Position numbers and translations under genes: made by a program | Assembly: GCA_041690135.1 (NCBI GenBank) | Contig: JAWLHY010000016.1 | Location: 64,001-128,000 of the forward strand | Reading direction: 5' to 3' | DNA length: 64,000 nucleotides | Source of the DNA: Armatimonadota bacterium | GTDB lineage: Bacteria > Armatimonadota > SYMT01 | The notes under the pieces: generated by a model | The model's database searches: none | Told to the model about the DNA's origin: nothing | The model's input: only the letters and a program-made list of their open reading frames with translations | Part shown: one piece after another, positions 29,703 to 39,808 of the stretch | Numbering within the stretch: the stretch's first letter is position 1 | Layout: every line of letters begins with the position of its first letter

Positions 29703-31130
29703 TTACCGCGCTGCAGGCATGTAGGTCGCGCCGTTGTCGGGAGGCATGGAACGGTGCCAGGCCAGGACCGCCTCCGTCAGTCGCTTCACCACGTCGGGAT
29801 GTTCGGAGGCCAGGTTGCGGGCTTCACTGCGGTCGGCTTCCAGATCGTAGAGCTGCGGGTCCGCGCCGTCGTACTCGCAGAGGAGTTTCCATTTGCCGTC
29901 CCGCACGGCGAGATCCGGCAGGTCGTTCATGCCGAAGATTCCGTCCCGGTCCGGCGGGCGCCGGAAAAAGAGCGGGCGCTCGCGCGAGGCCTCGGACTTG
30001 CCCAGCAGAACTTCCGGAAGCGGAACGCCGTCATACTCCACGCCGGCGGGTTTGGGTGTGCGGGTGATCTGGAGCAGGGACGGAACGAGGTCTACCGCGG
30101 AGAAGATGGAGCGAGCGTTCCGGGTACCGGCTTTCTCCGCATTCAGGAGGCCTGGCCCCCAGGCGATCAGCGGCGACCGGACTCCCCCTTCGTAGAGCAT
30201 CGCCTTGAAGCCGCGGAGACCACCGGCACGGCCGGCGCCCCGCTCGGGGCCGTTGTCCGAGCAGACCAGAACCAGCGTGTTGTTCCGCAGCTTCTCGCTG
30301 CCCCGGATGTAGTCGAACAACACTCCCAGTTGCTCGTCCATCGTTTCGAGCACGCCGAGATAAAGGGCGCGCTTGCTTCCGTCGCCGCGTCGCTCTTTCG
30401 GCGGGTAGAAGGGCGAGTGTACGTCGTCGGGCCAGAGGTTCACGTAGAACGGCTTGTCCTCCGCCTCGGCCTTCCGGATGAATTTCAGCGCCCCGGAAAC
30501 GAAAGCGGAGGTCACCCTGGACCGGTCTTCCCAGGTGATTTCGCCTCGCCCCAGGAGATCCGAGCCGAGGGCGTGCTTGCGGACCGGCTTACCGTCGTGC
30601 GCGTCGCAGAGGGGAAGCACCCGCGGTCCCAGCCCTTCAAAGTTGGTGAGCGACGCGTCGAAGCCGTACTCCGTGATGAGCGGCGCTTCCCCCACGTCGC
30701 GCTGGCCACCCATGTGCCACTTACCGAAGTGCCCGGTGGCGTAGCCCGACTGCTGGAGCGAACGCGCCAGCATGGGGGCTTTCGGGTCGAGCCACTGCGC
30801 AACGCCCCGGTCGTCGTTGTTCTTCCGGTTGTTGAGGAAGGAAGTGATGCGCCACCGCTGCGGGTATTGTCCGGTAGCAACGGCCGTGCGCGAGGGAGAG
30901 CAGATCGGTGAGTTGACGTAGAACTGCTCGAACCGGATCCCTTCCGCGGCCAGACGGTCGATGTTTTCGGTCTTCGCCTGACGGTTTCCGAAGCAGGAGA
31001 AATCGCCCCAGCCCATGTCGTCGATGTAGACGAGGACCACGTTCGGCCGGTCGGGTCGTTCGCCCGCGGCGAGGGCGCCGCCCCCCACGAAGCAGGCGAG
31101 GAGAAGAAACAGGATACGCAGCGCAGGCAT
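29703..31130 (-). CDS. Sulfatase (arylsulfatase-like, S1)
   Basis: PNVVLVYIDDMG, CSPSR, GKWHMG, SDNGP, LYEGGVRSP. Confidence 0.93.
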   Translation of the reverse strand: MPALRILFLLLACFVGGGALAAGERPDRPNVVLVYIDDMGWGDFSCFGNRQAKTENIDRLAAEGIRFEQFYVNSPICSPSRTAVATGQYPQRWRITSFLNNRKNNDDRGVAQWLDPKAPMLARSLQQSGYATGHFGKWHMGGQRDVGEAPLITEYGFDASLTNFEGLGPRVLPLCDAHDGKPVRKHALGSDLLGRGEITWEDRSRVTSAFVSGALKFIRKAEAEDKPFYVNLWPDDVHSPFYPPKERRGDGSKRALYLGVLETMDEQLGVLFDYIRGSEKLRNNTLVLVCSDNGPERGAGRAGGLRGFKAMLYEGGVRSPLIAWGPGLLNAEKAGTRNARSIFSAVDLVPSLLQITRTPKPAGVEYDGVPLPEVLLGKSEASRERPLFFRRPPDRDGIFGMNDLPDLAVRDGKWKLLCEYDGADPQLYDLEADRSEARNLASEHPDVVKRLTEAVLAWHRSMPPDNGATYMPAAR

Positions 31131-31213
31131 GGTGGAGCTTTCGTGAGTGGCTTACGGCCATGGGATCGCGGTCCGGGCCGAGGGAGTCGTGAAAGTTATA
31201 ACCTACTTCAGTT

Positions 31214-32104
31214 TCAGGCGTTGAGCGCCATCACCTCCGCGACCGCCTCTTCCACCGCCTGGGCTCGCCGGTTCGCCTGCGTCACGGACTCCTGGAACTC
31301 CGCTACTTCCGTCGCCATGGGTGGGGACGATACGGCACTGGTCCGGGTCAGGCTCGCCTGGACGGAGGCGAGGGTTTGCAAGATCAGTTCCTGTTGCGCC
31401 TCCGCCTGCTCCCGGGCCGGATTCAGGGACCTGGCATGTTCCAGGCGTCGACGACAAAGAGAGATGCTCTGCTCCATCATCTCCCTCGCCTCGGCATCGG
31501 AAAGCCCCTCCCGGCGCCGGCGTAGTTCGGTCATCTCGGTTTCCAGCGCCGAAAGTGACACACTCGCAGAAGCGGCGTGATAGCGACGGATGGAGACGTC
31601 CAGTTTGCGATGGCTGTCCAGAAGGCCGTTGAGCTGCTGAAGAATCTCGTCTTGCGCAGCCGCGCCGAGCAGCGATCCTGCTTCGCTCAGCGTTGCTACC
31701 GCTTCACAATAGAGTTGCTCCGCACGACTGACGGAAGCCAAGCGCGGAAGCACCCGCAACACTTCGGGGCATACCAAGCGAGTTGCATCCTTCTGTGCCA
31801 GGATAAAGGCACGGACGATCAACACCCATCCCAGCGAGTTCAGGAGGATGAACAAGGGTGCGATCAGACCCTCGTTTGCGGCTTCCAGAAACGGCAGGCT
31901 GAATACGCTGACCGCAAGGCTCAACCCACCGCCCCACACATATCCCTGGTACCTGCGGAAGGATTCTCGCCACCGCTGGCTCCCTGCCCTGCGAATGCGG
32001 GCAACGAGCGGATCCTGGGTCCCCTGCCCCATCGAGATCTGAGTCAGGCGTTCTTTAAGAACGTTCTGAATGCCGGCATCGATGTCTTCCGAGCGGATGG
32101 GCAT
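31214..32104 (-). CDS. Hypothetical membrane protein (2 TM + C-terminal coiled coil)
   Basis: ATG 32104 lies 16 nt after the DUF1552 stop; two hydrophobic helices followed by a long heptad-rich region. Confidence 0.7.
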   Translation of the reverse strand: MPIRSEDIDAGIQNVLKERLTQISMGQGTQDPLVARIRRAGSQRWRESFRRYQGYVWGGGLSLAVSVFSLPFLEAANEGLIAPLFILLNSLGWVLIVRAFILAQKDATRLVCPEVLRVLPRLASVSRAEQLYCEAVATLSEAGSLLGAAAQDEILQQLNGLLDSHRKLDVSIRRYHAASASVSLSALETEMTELRRRREGLSDAEAREMMEQSISLCRRRLEHARSLNPAREQAEAQQELILQTLASVQASLTRTSAVSSPPMATEVAEFQESVTQANRRAQAVEEAVAEVMALNA

Positions 32105-32120
32105 GGTGGAATCCGCGTTC

Positions 32121-33425
32121 TCACACCTCCGCGAGTGGCTCCGCCGAGTCGCCGAACCGCTCGAGGCGGATGCCGCACCGGTCCAGCATCGAGAGATAGA
32201 GGCTGCACATCTTGCGGTTGGGCTTGCCAAGGAAGTCCAGCACGCGCCCGCCCCGGATTCGGCCGCCGCCTCCCCCCAGCAGGACCACGGGAAGCTGGGT
32301 GGCCTCGTGGTTGCCCGTGAGCATGCTGGAACAGTAGAGTAGCATGGAGTTGTCCAGCGCCGTCCGATCCCCCTCCTGGATCGCGTCCAGCTTCCGGGCG
32401 ATATAGGCCACCTGTTCCAGGAAGAACTGGTTCACCTTCAGCCAGTCCGGCGTATCGCTGTGGGAGAGCAGGTGGTGGATCATGTAGTCCACGTTCAGGT
32501 GCGGGAAGCGCATGGCGCTGTGGTCGTTGTTCAGCTTGAGGGTGCAGACCCGCGTGGTGTCCGTCTGGAACGCCAGGACAAGGATGTCGCACATCAGCCG
32601 CATGTGCTCGGCGACGTTCTCCGGCACCCCGTCCGGCGGGCGCGGAATGTTCGGCTTGTCCAGGGTCGGCTTCCAACCGTGGGTCTGTCCCTGTTTCCCC
32701 GCCTGTTCGATCCGCTGCTCCACGTCCCGGACGGAGGCGAGGTACTCGTCCAGCTTCGCCCGATCCGCGCTGGTGATCTTCCCCCGGAAACTGCGAGCGT
32801 CTTCGAGCACCGCGTCCAGCACGCTCTTCTCTCCGCGCTGCAGACCGTTGTTGAAAAGGCGGTCGAAGGCCAGGGCCGGGTACAGCTCCAGCGGCGTGGG
32901 CGTGGTCGGGCTGCTCCAAGAGATGTGGGAGCTGTAGAGCATCGAGTAGTTCTTGTGGATGCTGGGGTTTGACTTCTCACACCCGAGGACGAGGCTGGAG
33001 ACCTTGGTCGAGCGCCCGTACCGCTGCGCAATCAGCTGGTCGACGCTGGTACCGGAGCGGATCTCGCCTCCTGAGGCGAGCGGAGCGCCGGAGAGCAGAT
33101 TGCCGGTCTGCGAGCTGTGGATGTTCCCCTTGAGGGCTTCTTCGTTGTAAAGCCCCCGGATGAAGAGGAGCTTCTCCCGGTGCGGGTGCAGCGGCGCCAG
33201 GACCTTCCCCAACTCCATCTGCTTCCCCTCGCCCTTCGCCCACCATTCACGGCTGTGGAAGCCGTTCCCGGAGAACAGCACCGCCAGCCGCACGGGCGCC
33301 TCGCTTCCCGGCGTCCGCGGCCGGGCCTCGTCGCCCCAAACCGGAAGCGACTCCAACCACGGCAGTGCCATGGTCACGCCGGCGCCGCGCAGGAAGGCTC
33401 TTCGACTGAAGTGGTGAGTGTTCAT
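32121..33425 (-). CDS. DUF1552 (HXXSHH-type) protein, Tat leader
   Basis: SRRAFLRGAGVTMALPWLESL, SVDQLIA, SVLDAV, HHLLSH, LDNSM. Confidence 0.92.
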   Translation of the reverse strand: MNTHHFSRRAFLRGAGVTMALPWLESLPVWGDEARPRTPGSEAPVRLAVLFSGNGFHSREWWAKGEGKQMELGKVLAPLHPHREKLLFIRGLYNEEALKGNIHSSQTGNLLSGAPLASGGEIRSGTSVDQLIAQRYGRSTKVSSLVLGCEKSNPSIHKNYSMLYSSHISWSSPTTPTPLELYPALAFDRLFNNGLQRGEKSVLDAVLEDARSFRGKITSADRAKLDEYLASVRDVEQRIEQAGKQGQTHGWKPTLDKPNIPRPPDGVPENVAEHMRLMCDILVLAFQTDTTRVCTLKLNNDHSAMRFPHLNVDYMIHHLLSHSDTPDWLKVNQFFLEQVAYIARKLDAIQEGDRTALDNSMLLYCSSMLTGNHEATQLPVVLLGGGGGRIRGGRVLDFLGKPNRKMCSLYLSMLDRCGIRLERFGDSAEPLAEV

Positions 33426-33429
33426 CGGA

Positions 33430-36400
33430 TTATCTCTTGTATTGAAATTGCCGGCTCTGGACGATCAGGTCCACGGCGACGGAGAACCGGTACCCCTGCT
33501 TCGCGAGTTTCCGTTCCATCGCCTCAAGGAGGGGTTGGTCGGAGAGCTGGACGGCACGTCCGAGCGAGTAGCCCAGCAGCTTGCGGCAGAACTGGCGCAG
33601 GACCGTATCCCGCCGTTTCTGGACGAGATAGGTTCTCAAGCCGTCCAACCCGTCGATTTGCTGCCCGTCAGGAGTCTCCGCTCGCGTGTCGACCGGGCGG
33701 TTGCCAAGGTCGGTCTTGCGGCTGCGACCGATGGCGTCGAAACCCTCCAGCGAGAAGCCGAACGGATCGATTCGCACATGGCAGCCGGAGCACTTGGGAT
33801 CCGAGGTGTGCCGGACCACGAGTTGCCGCATGGTGAGGCCTTCGGTGGCCGTCTCGTCTTCCGGCAAGGGCGGCACGTTCTTCGGGGGCCGCGGAAGCCG
33901 CTCGCCCAACAACACCTCGCTGACCCAGTTGCCCCGCAGGATGGGACTTGTCCGCGAGGCTCCGGACTGCTTCGCCAGGGTCGCCGCAAGGCCGAGAACC
34001 CCGCCGCGCCCCCGGCTACGCATGCCTTCCACGCGCTGCCAGGTGTCCGCTTTCAGGCCGGAGAGGCCCGGCAGTCCGTAGAACCTGGCGAGCCGTCCGT
34101 TTACGAAGGTGTGGTCGGCATCGAAGAGGCTGAGGACGGAGCCGTCGCGCTGGAACAGGTCGGTGAAGAAACGGATGGCTTCCTCATACATGTCCTGGCG
34201 CAGGACGGCGAATTCCGGGAAGTGCCGCTCGCTCTTTTCGTCCAGAGCATCGAACTCGTAGATCTGGAGCCACTGGCACGCGAACTCGGTCGCCAACCGG
34301 CGGGCGCGCGGGTCTTTCAGCATCCGGCGGGTCTGCGCGGTGAGGACCTCCGGTTTCCGAAGCGTGCCGGAAGCGGCCACGGCCCGGAGCCGTTCATCCG
34401 GCGGTGAGGACCAGAGGAAGTAGCTGAGGCGGGTTGCCAGCTCCCAGTCGGATACGGGCGCGGGACCGGGACCGGCCGGCGCCGTCTCCAGGCGGTAGAG
34501 GAAGGCGGGGGCGGTGAAGATGCGGGCCAGGGTGAGCCGGAACGCCTCGTCGTGCGGCAGTTCTTCCGCGCGCAGCCGGGCGTAAAGGCCCCGCAACTCC
34601 GTGGTTTCGGCAGGGGTCAGCGGGCGCCGGTAGGCACGCGCGGCAAACCGGGTCAGGTGGTCCAACTGCCGGGGTTCAGCGGCGACCAATTCCTTCCGGA
34701 AGGCGTCGGCCCCTGCGTACACCGGCTGCTTGAGCAGCTTGAAGGCCTCCACGAGGTCGGGACGGTCCTGGGTGGCGAACTCGACGATCTGCTCGTAGGC
34801 GTTCACCAGCTTCAGCGGCGCCTGGCTCACCCAGCGGAGCTCGGCCCAAAGGCGGTCCAGATCGCGGGCCTCGGCGTCCGTCAACATCAGACGCCGAAGC
34901 GGCTCGTCCTCCCGGTAGAAGAGCGTGAGAGTGACGACTTCGTCTGTCGGGACGATCTTCGGATAGCAGAGCGCGGCGGGGAATAGCGCGCGGAAGTCCG
35001 CGAAGGCCGTCTCGAACCGTTTTCCGGCGGGACTGCCGGCCCGCACGACCACCGGCGTGCCCGGAAGCAGGCTTCCCAGGCCGTCGCGAGCGGACCGCAC
35101 CTCCATCTGGACACTGGCGTCCATCCCGGCCTCCGGATGGAGTGATGCGGTGGTCGCCAACTCCGCGCCGGCGGCGAGCTCCGCGGGAAGACGCACTTCC
35201 AGCACGGAAGGCGCGCGGACACAGAGGCTGGCCGGGTCCACCGTCTTCCCCGCAGGGTGCTTGCCGAACAGGGACGGGTCCAACCCCAGGACGCCTACGC
35301 CTTCCAATGACGGACGCGCGGTGACGGGCTTTGCCGCGAACTCCCGCCAGACGGAAGACAGCAGCGGGCCGGTGAAAGCGCGCAACTGGCGGTAGAGCGC
35401 CACATCCGGCGATTCGGGGTTCTGGCCGGGCGGCGGTCCCTCAACCAGGAGTTTCTGAAGCGCGGCGGCCAGAGGGAGGCGCTCCGCGGTCGTTTGGGCG
35501 GACTGCCAGCGTGCCAGCAGCGATCCCGCCGGGATGGATGAGACCGGCTCCGCCCCGTCCACCGGTTCCGAGTAGAAGTGCCACACGCCCGCGTTCCCGA
35601 GGCGGTCCGCGTGCGGGTTCCCGTCGAGCACGTTGTCGGCCACATCGCGGGTGAGGCTCCACTCGGAGGCTTTGGGTTCGCCCTCCGCTGACCGGATCCG
35701 GAACTCCAGGTCCGTCAGATCGCAGGAATGGTTCCGGTCTCGGGGGCCGATCACGAGCGACAGCAGGTCCCCCGGGCGAATGGCCACCGGCTCTGTCACG
35801 GTGAAGGGAGCTGCCTGGGCGGCGTGGGCCGTGCCTGCCGCCAGGCGTCGACGCATGCCGCCGCGCCGGAGTTCTAGCGACCAGGTGACGCCGTTTCCGC
35901 ACTCCGGGTGAGCGTGGGTCACCTTGCCGTCGATCCGCACCGCCCCTCGCAGGGGGCTCCGCCAGCCGACGCAGGCGGAAAGCGTGGGCGTGGGATGGAC
36001 GAACACGCCGTGCGGCTTCGCGTGGCCGGGTATACGGACCGCCTGGTCCGACGCGTTGGTGAGCAGGCTGGGAAGGTCCGGCGAGCCCCAGCCATTGATG
36101 AAGGGATGCCCTCCGCCGCTCGTGAGCTTCGTGCGGAAGTAGGTGAGGTTCAGCGGGGCATTCACCCCGATACCCAGCGTCTCGAGCCAGGGATTCAGCT
36201 CGGCGGTCCGGACCCCAAAGCGTTCCGCGAGTTGCGCCACCGCGGTTTCGCTCTCCTCCCGGGTGGCCGCATTCGCCGCCGCAAGCGCCTTCGCGGTGGC
36301 CGCAAAGAGCTGCTTCCGGCGGGCCAGCAGCTCTCCCGTGAGAGCGCGCACATCCCGCAGGGGCAGGTCCGGCCGGCCGGGCGCGACTAGGCGCGGCTGC

Positions 36401-37635
36401 CCCCACACGGCGTAGTCCTCGGCGCTGCCGTCTCCGGCATCACGCGCCGTGAGGTAGAGCGTGACAGGGCTACCGTCCGGGGAAGCCGGTACTTTATAGC
36501 GGACCTCCCGGCGCTCCACCAGCGGCGTTACCGGCTCCTGCCACCTCGTGGGGCCTCCCGCACGGCCGATGTGACCGACCGTGGTGAACCGCCAGAGCGC
36601 CCGCTGCCAGTCCGCAATGGCGGCGGTCAGCGAGGAGGCGTCCCCGGGCCTGGCCGCACTCCACCGGGCGCGAAGGTCGTCGAGCAGCAGCGAGGGCTTT
36701 CGGTCGTGCAGCGCGTTCCAGAGGAGGACCAGGTACTTCGCGCTCAGGCTCCGCTCCGCCGCAATCGCTGCCAGGCTCTTCTTGCCGGATCGCAGCGCCT
36801 CCCGCTCTTCCAGCAGCGCCGCCAGGTAGCGTTCCACCGGCAGGCGTCCGCCCTCGTTGGTCTGGATAACGATCCCCTGCAGGTTGACGGAAGTCCCCTG
36901 GCCCGCGTCCGTGTAGCGCTGGTAAAGGGCGCGGATCCGGTCGAGCGCCTCGTTGGTCCAGTCGCTGCGGCTGGTGGACGGCGCAAAGCGGAATCCCTCC
37001 GGCAGGAGCTGCGCGTGGCGGGCGATCTCCTTGCCGGCATCGAAGTACTTCGTGAGGAGCGCGGGCGACATCACAAGCGAGCCGCCTGTATTGGTGAAGC
37101 CTTCCCCGGCCGCGCCATCCGCGGGAAAGTCGCGGGCGGGGTCCAGGTCGATGCCGGTGAGCTCGCGGATGGTGTAGGTGTACTCGGCATTGTTCAGCCG
37201 CCGCAGCACCACCGGCCCCGGGTCGCCCGCGTTGGCGAGGGCCTCGGCGTCCAGGTAGCGCTCGACCCAGCCGGTGAGACGCTGTCGCTGCGCGGGAGTG
37301 GGCTGACGGGCACCCCTGGGGGGCATTTCGCCGTCGTGCATGATCTCGGCGACCCGCATCCAGGCTTTGGGGTCCCGGCGCACGGCGGCCAGCGTGCCGA
37401 ACCGCTCCAGGTCCAGCTCGCCCGCCCGCTTCGCCGTGGAGTGGCAGCCGGTGCAGTACCGGCGCAGTACAGGCAGGATCTCGCGAGAGTACTCGACACC
37501 CAGGGCCTGGAAGGCAGGCGTCCCCCTGGCCGCTGGGGTTGTCGCCCTGGCGGCCCGCTTCGGCCCCCCACCGGCCGCCGCCACCCCGCAGCCCAGGAAA
37601 ATCGTCAACCCCACTGCCGCCTGTAGACGCCGCAC
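33430..37635 (-). CDS. Cytochrome c + DUF1587/1595/1592/1588/1585 protein with large internal insertion
   Basis: CTGCH, LRRLNNAEYTYTIREL, ELATRLSYFLWSSPPD, RTSPILRGNWV, CSGCH, FCRKLLGYSLGR. Confidence 0.92.
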   Translation of the reverse strand: MRRLQAAVGLTIFLGCGVAAAGGGPKRAARATTPAARGTPAFQALGVEYSREILPVLRRYCTGCHSTAKRAGELDLERFGTLAAVRRDPKAWMRVAEIMHDGEMPPRGARQPTPAQRQRLTGWVERYLDAEALANAGDPGPVVLRRLNNAEYTYTIRELTGIDLDPARDFPADGAAGEGFTNTGGSLVMSPALLTKYFDAGKEIARHAQLLPEGFRFAPSTSRSDWTNEALDRIRALYQRYTDAGQGTSVNLQGIVIQTNEGGRLPVERYLAALLEEREALRSGKKSLAAIAAERSLSAKYLVLLWNALHDRKPSLLLDDLRARWSAARPGDASSLTAAIADWQRALWRFTTVGHIGRAGGPTRWQEPVTPLVERREVRYKVPASPDGSPVTLYLTARDAGDGSAEDYAVWGQPRLVAPGRPDLPLRDVRALTGELLARRKQLFAATAKALAAANAATREESETAVAQLAERFGVRTAELNPWLETLGIGVNAPLNLTYFRTKLTSGGGHPFINGWGSPDLPSLLTNASDQAVRIPGHAKPHGVFVHPTPTLSACVGWRSPLRGAVRIDGKVTHAHPECGNGVTWSLELRRGGMRRRLAAGTAHAAQAAPFTVTEPVAIRPGDLLSLVIGPRDRNHSCDLTDLEFRIRSAEGEPKASEWSLTRDVADNVLDGNPHADRLGNAGVWHFYSEPVDGAEPVSSIPAGSLLARWQSAQTTAERLPLAAALQKLLVEGPPPGQNPESPDVALYRQLRAFTGPLLSSVWREFAAKPVTARPSLEGVGVLGLDPSLFGKHPAGKTVDPASLCVRAPSVLEVRLPAELAAGAELATTASLHPEAGMDASVQMEVRSARDGLGSLLPGTPVVVRAGSPAGKRFETAFADFRALFPAALCYPKIVPTDEVVTLTLFYREDEPLRRLMLTDAEARDLDRLWAELRWVSQAPLKLVNAYEQIVEFATQDRPDLVEAFKLLKQPVYAGADAFRKELVAAEPRQLDHLTRFAARAYRRPLTPAETTELRGLYARLRAEELPHDEAFRLTLARIFTAPAFLYRLETAPAGPGPAPVSDWELATRLSYFLWSSPPDERLRAVAASGTLRKPEVLTAQTRRMLKDPRARRLATEFACQWLQIYEFDALDEKSERHFPEFAVLRQDMYEEAIRFFTDLFQRDGSVLSLFDADHTFVNGRLARFYGLPGLSGLKADTWQRVEGMRSRGRGGVLGLAATLAKQSGASRTSPILRGNWVSEVLLGERLPRPPKNVPPLPEDETATEGLTMRQLVVRHTSDPKCSGCHVRIDPFGFSLEGFDAIGRSRKTDLGNRPVDTRAETPDGQQIDGLDGLRTYLVQKRRDTVLRQFCRKLLGYSLGRAVQLSDQPLLEAMERKLAKQGYRFSVAVDLIVQSRQFQYKR

Positions 37636-37875
37636 CCCGCCCCCTTTCCCAGGCGCTCCACTGCACCTTAGCTGTTAGTGAGTGTCCCTATCCGAGACGG
37701 GTTTCGGCTTTATCTCGCTGGCGAGGGCTTACTGAACGGTCGGAGGATATTGTCAGCGCCATCGGGCCCGCATTGGACAGCGGACCGAACTGAACCTGCA
37801 ATAACCAACATACTGCTGCAGTCCGCTGCAACCAACTCCCTTCAGTGCATCGCCACATTGGGTATACTACAGGTT

Positions 37876-38103
37876 ATGGACGCGCTACTTTCCCGTATCA
37901 CGATTGACCCGACTATCTGCCACGGCAAGCCGTGCATCCGCGGCCTTCGCTACCCCGTGGAAGTGCTGCTGGATCTTCTAAGCTCCGGGATGAGTCCAGA
38001 GGAGATACTTGCGGACTATGAAGACCTGGAGCCAGATGACCTGCGTGCGGTTACGGCCTATGCGGCCAGAATTGTTCGGACTCGCCGTCTCCAGCCGGTT
38101 TGA
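37876..38103 (+). CDS. DUF433 family antitoxin
   Basis: RITIDPTICHGKPCIRGLRYPVEVLLDLLSSGMSPEEILADYEDLE. Confidence 0.92.
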   Translation: MDALLSRITIDPTICHGKPCIRGLRYPVEVLLDLLSSGMSPEEILADYEDLEPDDLRAVTAYAARIVRTRRLQPV

Positions 38104-38459
38104 CCGTGAAGTTCATAATTGATGCCCATATCCCGCGAAGAGTGGCCACCTGGCTGGTTGCATCCGGACATGATGCGATCCACACGCTGGATCTGCCGGA
38201 TGGCAATCGAACCACGGACGAGCAGATTAATGACCTAGCGGAGAGGGAGGACAGGGTCGTGGTAACGAAGGATGCGGACTTTGTGGATTCGCATCTCCTT
38301 CGAGGACGGCCACCGAGGTTGCTGCTGATATCGACGGGAAATATCAACAACCGCGAGTTAGAAGCACTCCTGGCACCGCTTATTCCCGCTGTCGTGAGTG
38401 AGTTTTACTCTAACTCCTTCCTTGAATTGGGTAGGGCTGGTCTAGTGGTGCGCGGGTAG
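38100..38459 (+). CDS. DUF5615 family PIN-like toxin
   Basis: KFIIDAHIP, GHDAIH, DEQI..AEREDRVVVTKDADF; overlaps the antitoxin stop codon. Confidence 0.9.
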   Translation: MTVKFIIDAHIPRRVATWLVASGHDAIHTLDLPDGNRTTDEQINDLAEREDRVVVTKDADFVDSHLLRGRPPRLLLISTGNINNRELEALLAPLIPAVVSEFYSNSFLELGRAGLVVRG

Positions 38460-38666
38460 GACCCTTGGAAATGGGATGCTACGCTTTCGACCGTACCTGC
38501 TGCCCGGCAGGATCAAAGGTGGAGCCGGTGATCTGTGCCAGCTGGGCGACCCGCTCCAACAGTATAGGGGCGATTGTCTGCAAGTAGTGACTTCCGGTTC
38601 ATCCTCCATCCGACACCTCCGAGGGTCGCGGTCAGCATAGCCCTTGCACACCAGTCGCAGGTGCGC

Positions 38667-39086
38667 TCAGAGGCGCACCATGGCTCTCCACTCGACCAGC
38701 GTCAATCCTAACGACGCCGCCACGATGCTGTCTTCAATGTATGCGAGTGCGGGCAAGAGTTCCTCGGGGCGATGAGCCGGGTAGTGGCGGATTGCAGGGC
38801 TGTCCTGCCGCTGCAGCCGGCCCTGGTAACGGGTGGTTCCAACCAGCACCGTCAATTTGCAGCGATGCCCGGCCCAGTCCAACTGCACCAAATCGCGTCC
38901 CAATTCAGGCGCACCTACCCTGTAACCCAGCGACCCGACACAGGTCGTCAGCGAGTCGGGAAGCCGGCGCACCCATGGACACCCGACCAGGGCGCGTACT
39001 GAAGCCAGGAGCTCCGCTGGGTAAACGGAGCCTTCACTATCCCGTTCGAGCTGGGACAGGCGGGCCTCAAAGCTCTCCGGTGTCAC
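38667..39086 (-). CDS. Hypothetical protein
   Basis: 139-aa ORF overlapping the exonuclease 3' end by 20 nt; no recognised motif. Confidence 0.5.
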   Translation of the reverse strand: MTPESFEARLSQLERDSEGSVYPAELLASVRALVGCPWVRRLPDSLTTCVGSLGYRVGAPELGRDLVQLDWAGHRCKLTVLVGTTRYQGRLQRQDSPAIRHYPAHRPEELLPALAYIEDSIVAASLGLTLVEWRAMVRL

Positions 39087-39636
39087 GGCGGCTTCCGTTC
39101 AGGAGCGAGCACAGCAGCCGGGCGATGTTCCAGGCATCATCGTCGCCGCGGTGGTGGGTGCCTTCCAGCTTGAGGCCAAGCCGACCGAACGCCTCGCCCA
39201 GCCCCAGCTCCCGCCGGGATCCCGTGGCGACGGCGAACAGCGTCTTCACGTTCAGGTGGCTCGTCCCAAAGGGATAACCTACGCCTTGCTCTTTGCAGAC
39301 CCGTTCGAACTGGCGGCGGTCGTAGTCTCCCCAACTGGCCCAGAGGCGGTCCTGGGAGTGGTACTCCTGCTTCAGGATGCGGACGGCATCGGCCAGGGTG
39401 CCGGCATCCTTCAGATGGTCCGCGGTCAGGGTGGTGAGCTGCGTGCAGAAGGGGCTGACCTCGGAGCGGACCGGTTTGATCAGGATGCTGCGCTTCTCAC
39501 CCCGCTCCAGGGTAGATACATCCACGGTGCAGAGACCGATTTCGATGATCTCGCTGACCTGCCCGGGCGGCGGGTTGCCCTCCCAGCAGGTAGATTCCAG
39601 ATCGATTACCAGGATTTGGTCCAATCGTTTGGCCAA
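39067..39636 (-). CDS. DEDDh 3'-5' exonuclease (KapD/ERI1-like)
   Basis: VIDLESTCW, EIIEIG, WGDYD, HHRGDDDA. Confidence 0.9.
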   Translation of the reverse strand: MAKRLDQILVIDLESTCWEGNPPPGQVSEIIEIGLCTVDVSTLERGEKRSILIKPVRSEVSPFCTQLTTLTADHLKDAGTLADAVRILKQEYHSQDRLWASWGDYDRRQFERVCKEQGVGYPFGTSHLNVKTLFAVATGSRRELGLGEAFGRLGLKLEGTHHRGDDDAWNIARLLCSLLNGSRRDTGEL

Positions 39637-39808
39637 TTCGATTACCCCACAACTAATGAGAGAGAGGATTGCCCGCGGAATACGCGAGCCTGCCCGTATG
39701 GGAAGGACGCGGAAAGGTTGGGAAAGAGCTGACGGGTAACTTCGGGCGCTTTATCGGAAAATCGGGCACTGTCCCGCCTACCTCCGGCGCGCGTCAAGTG
39801 GGAAGCAG

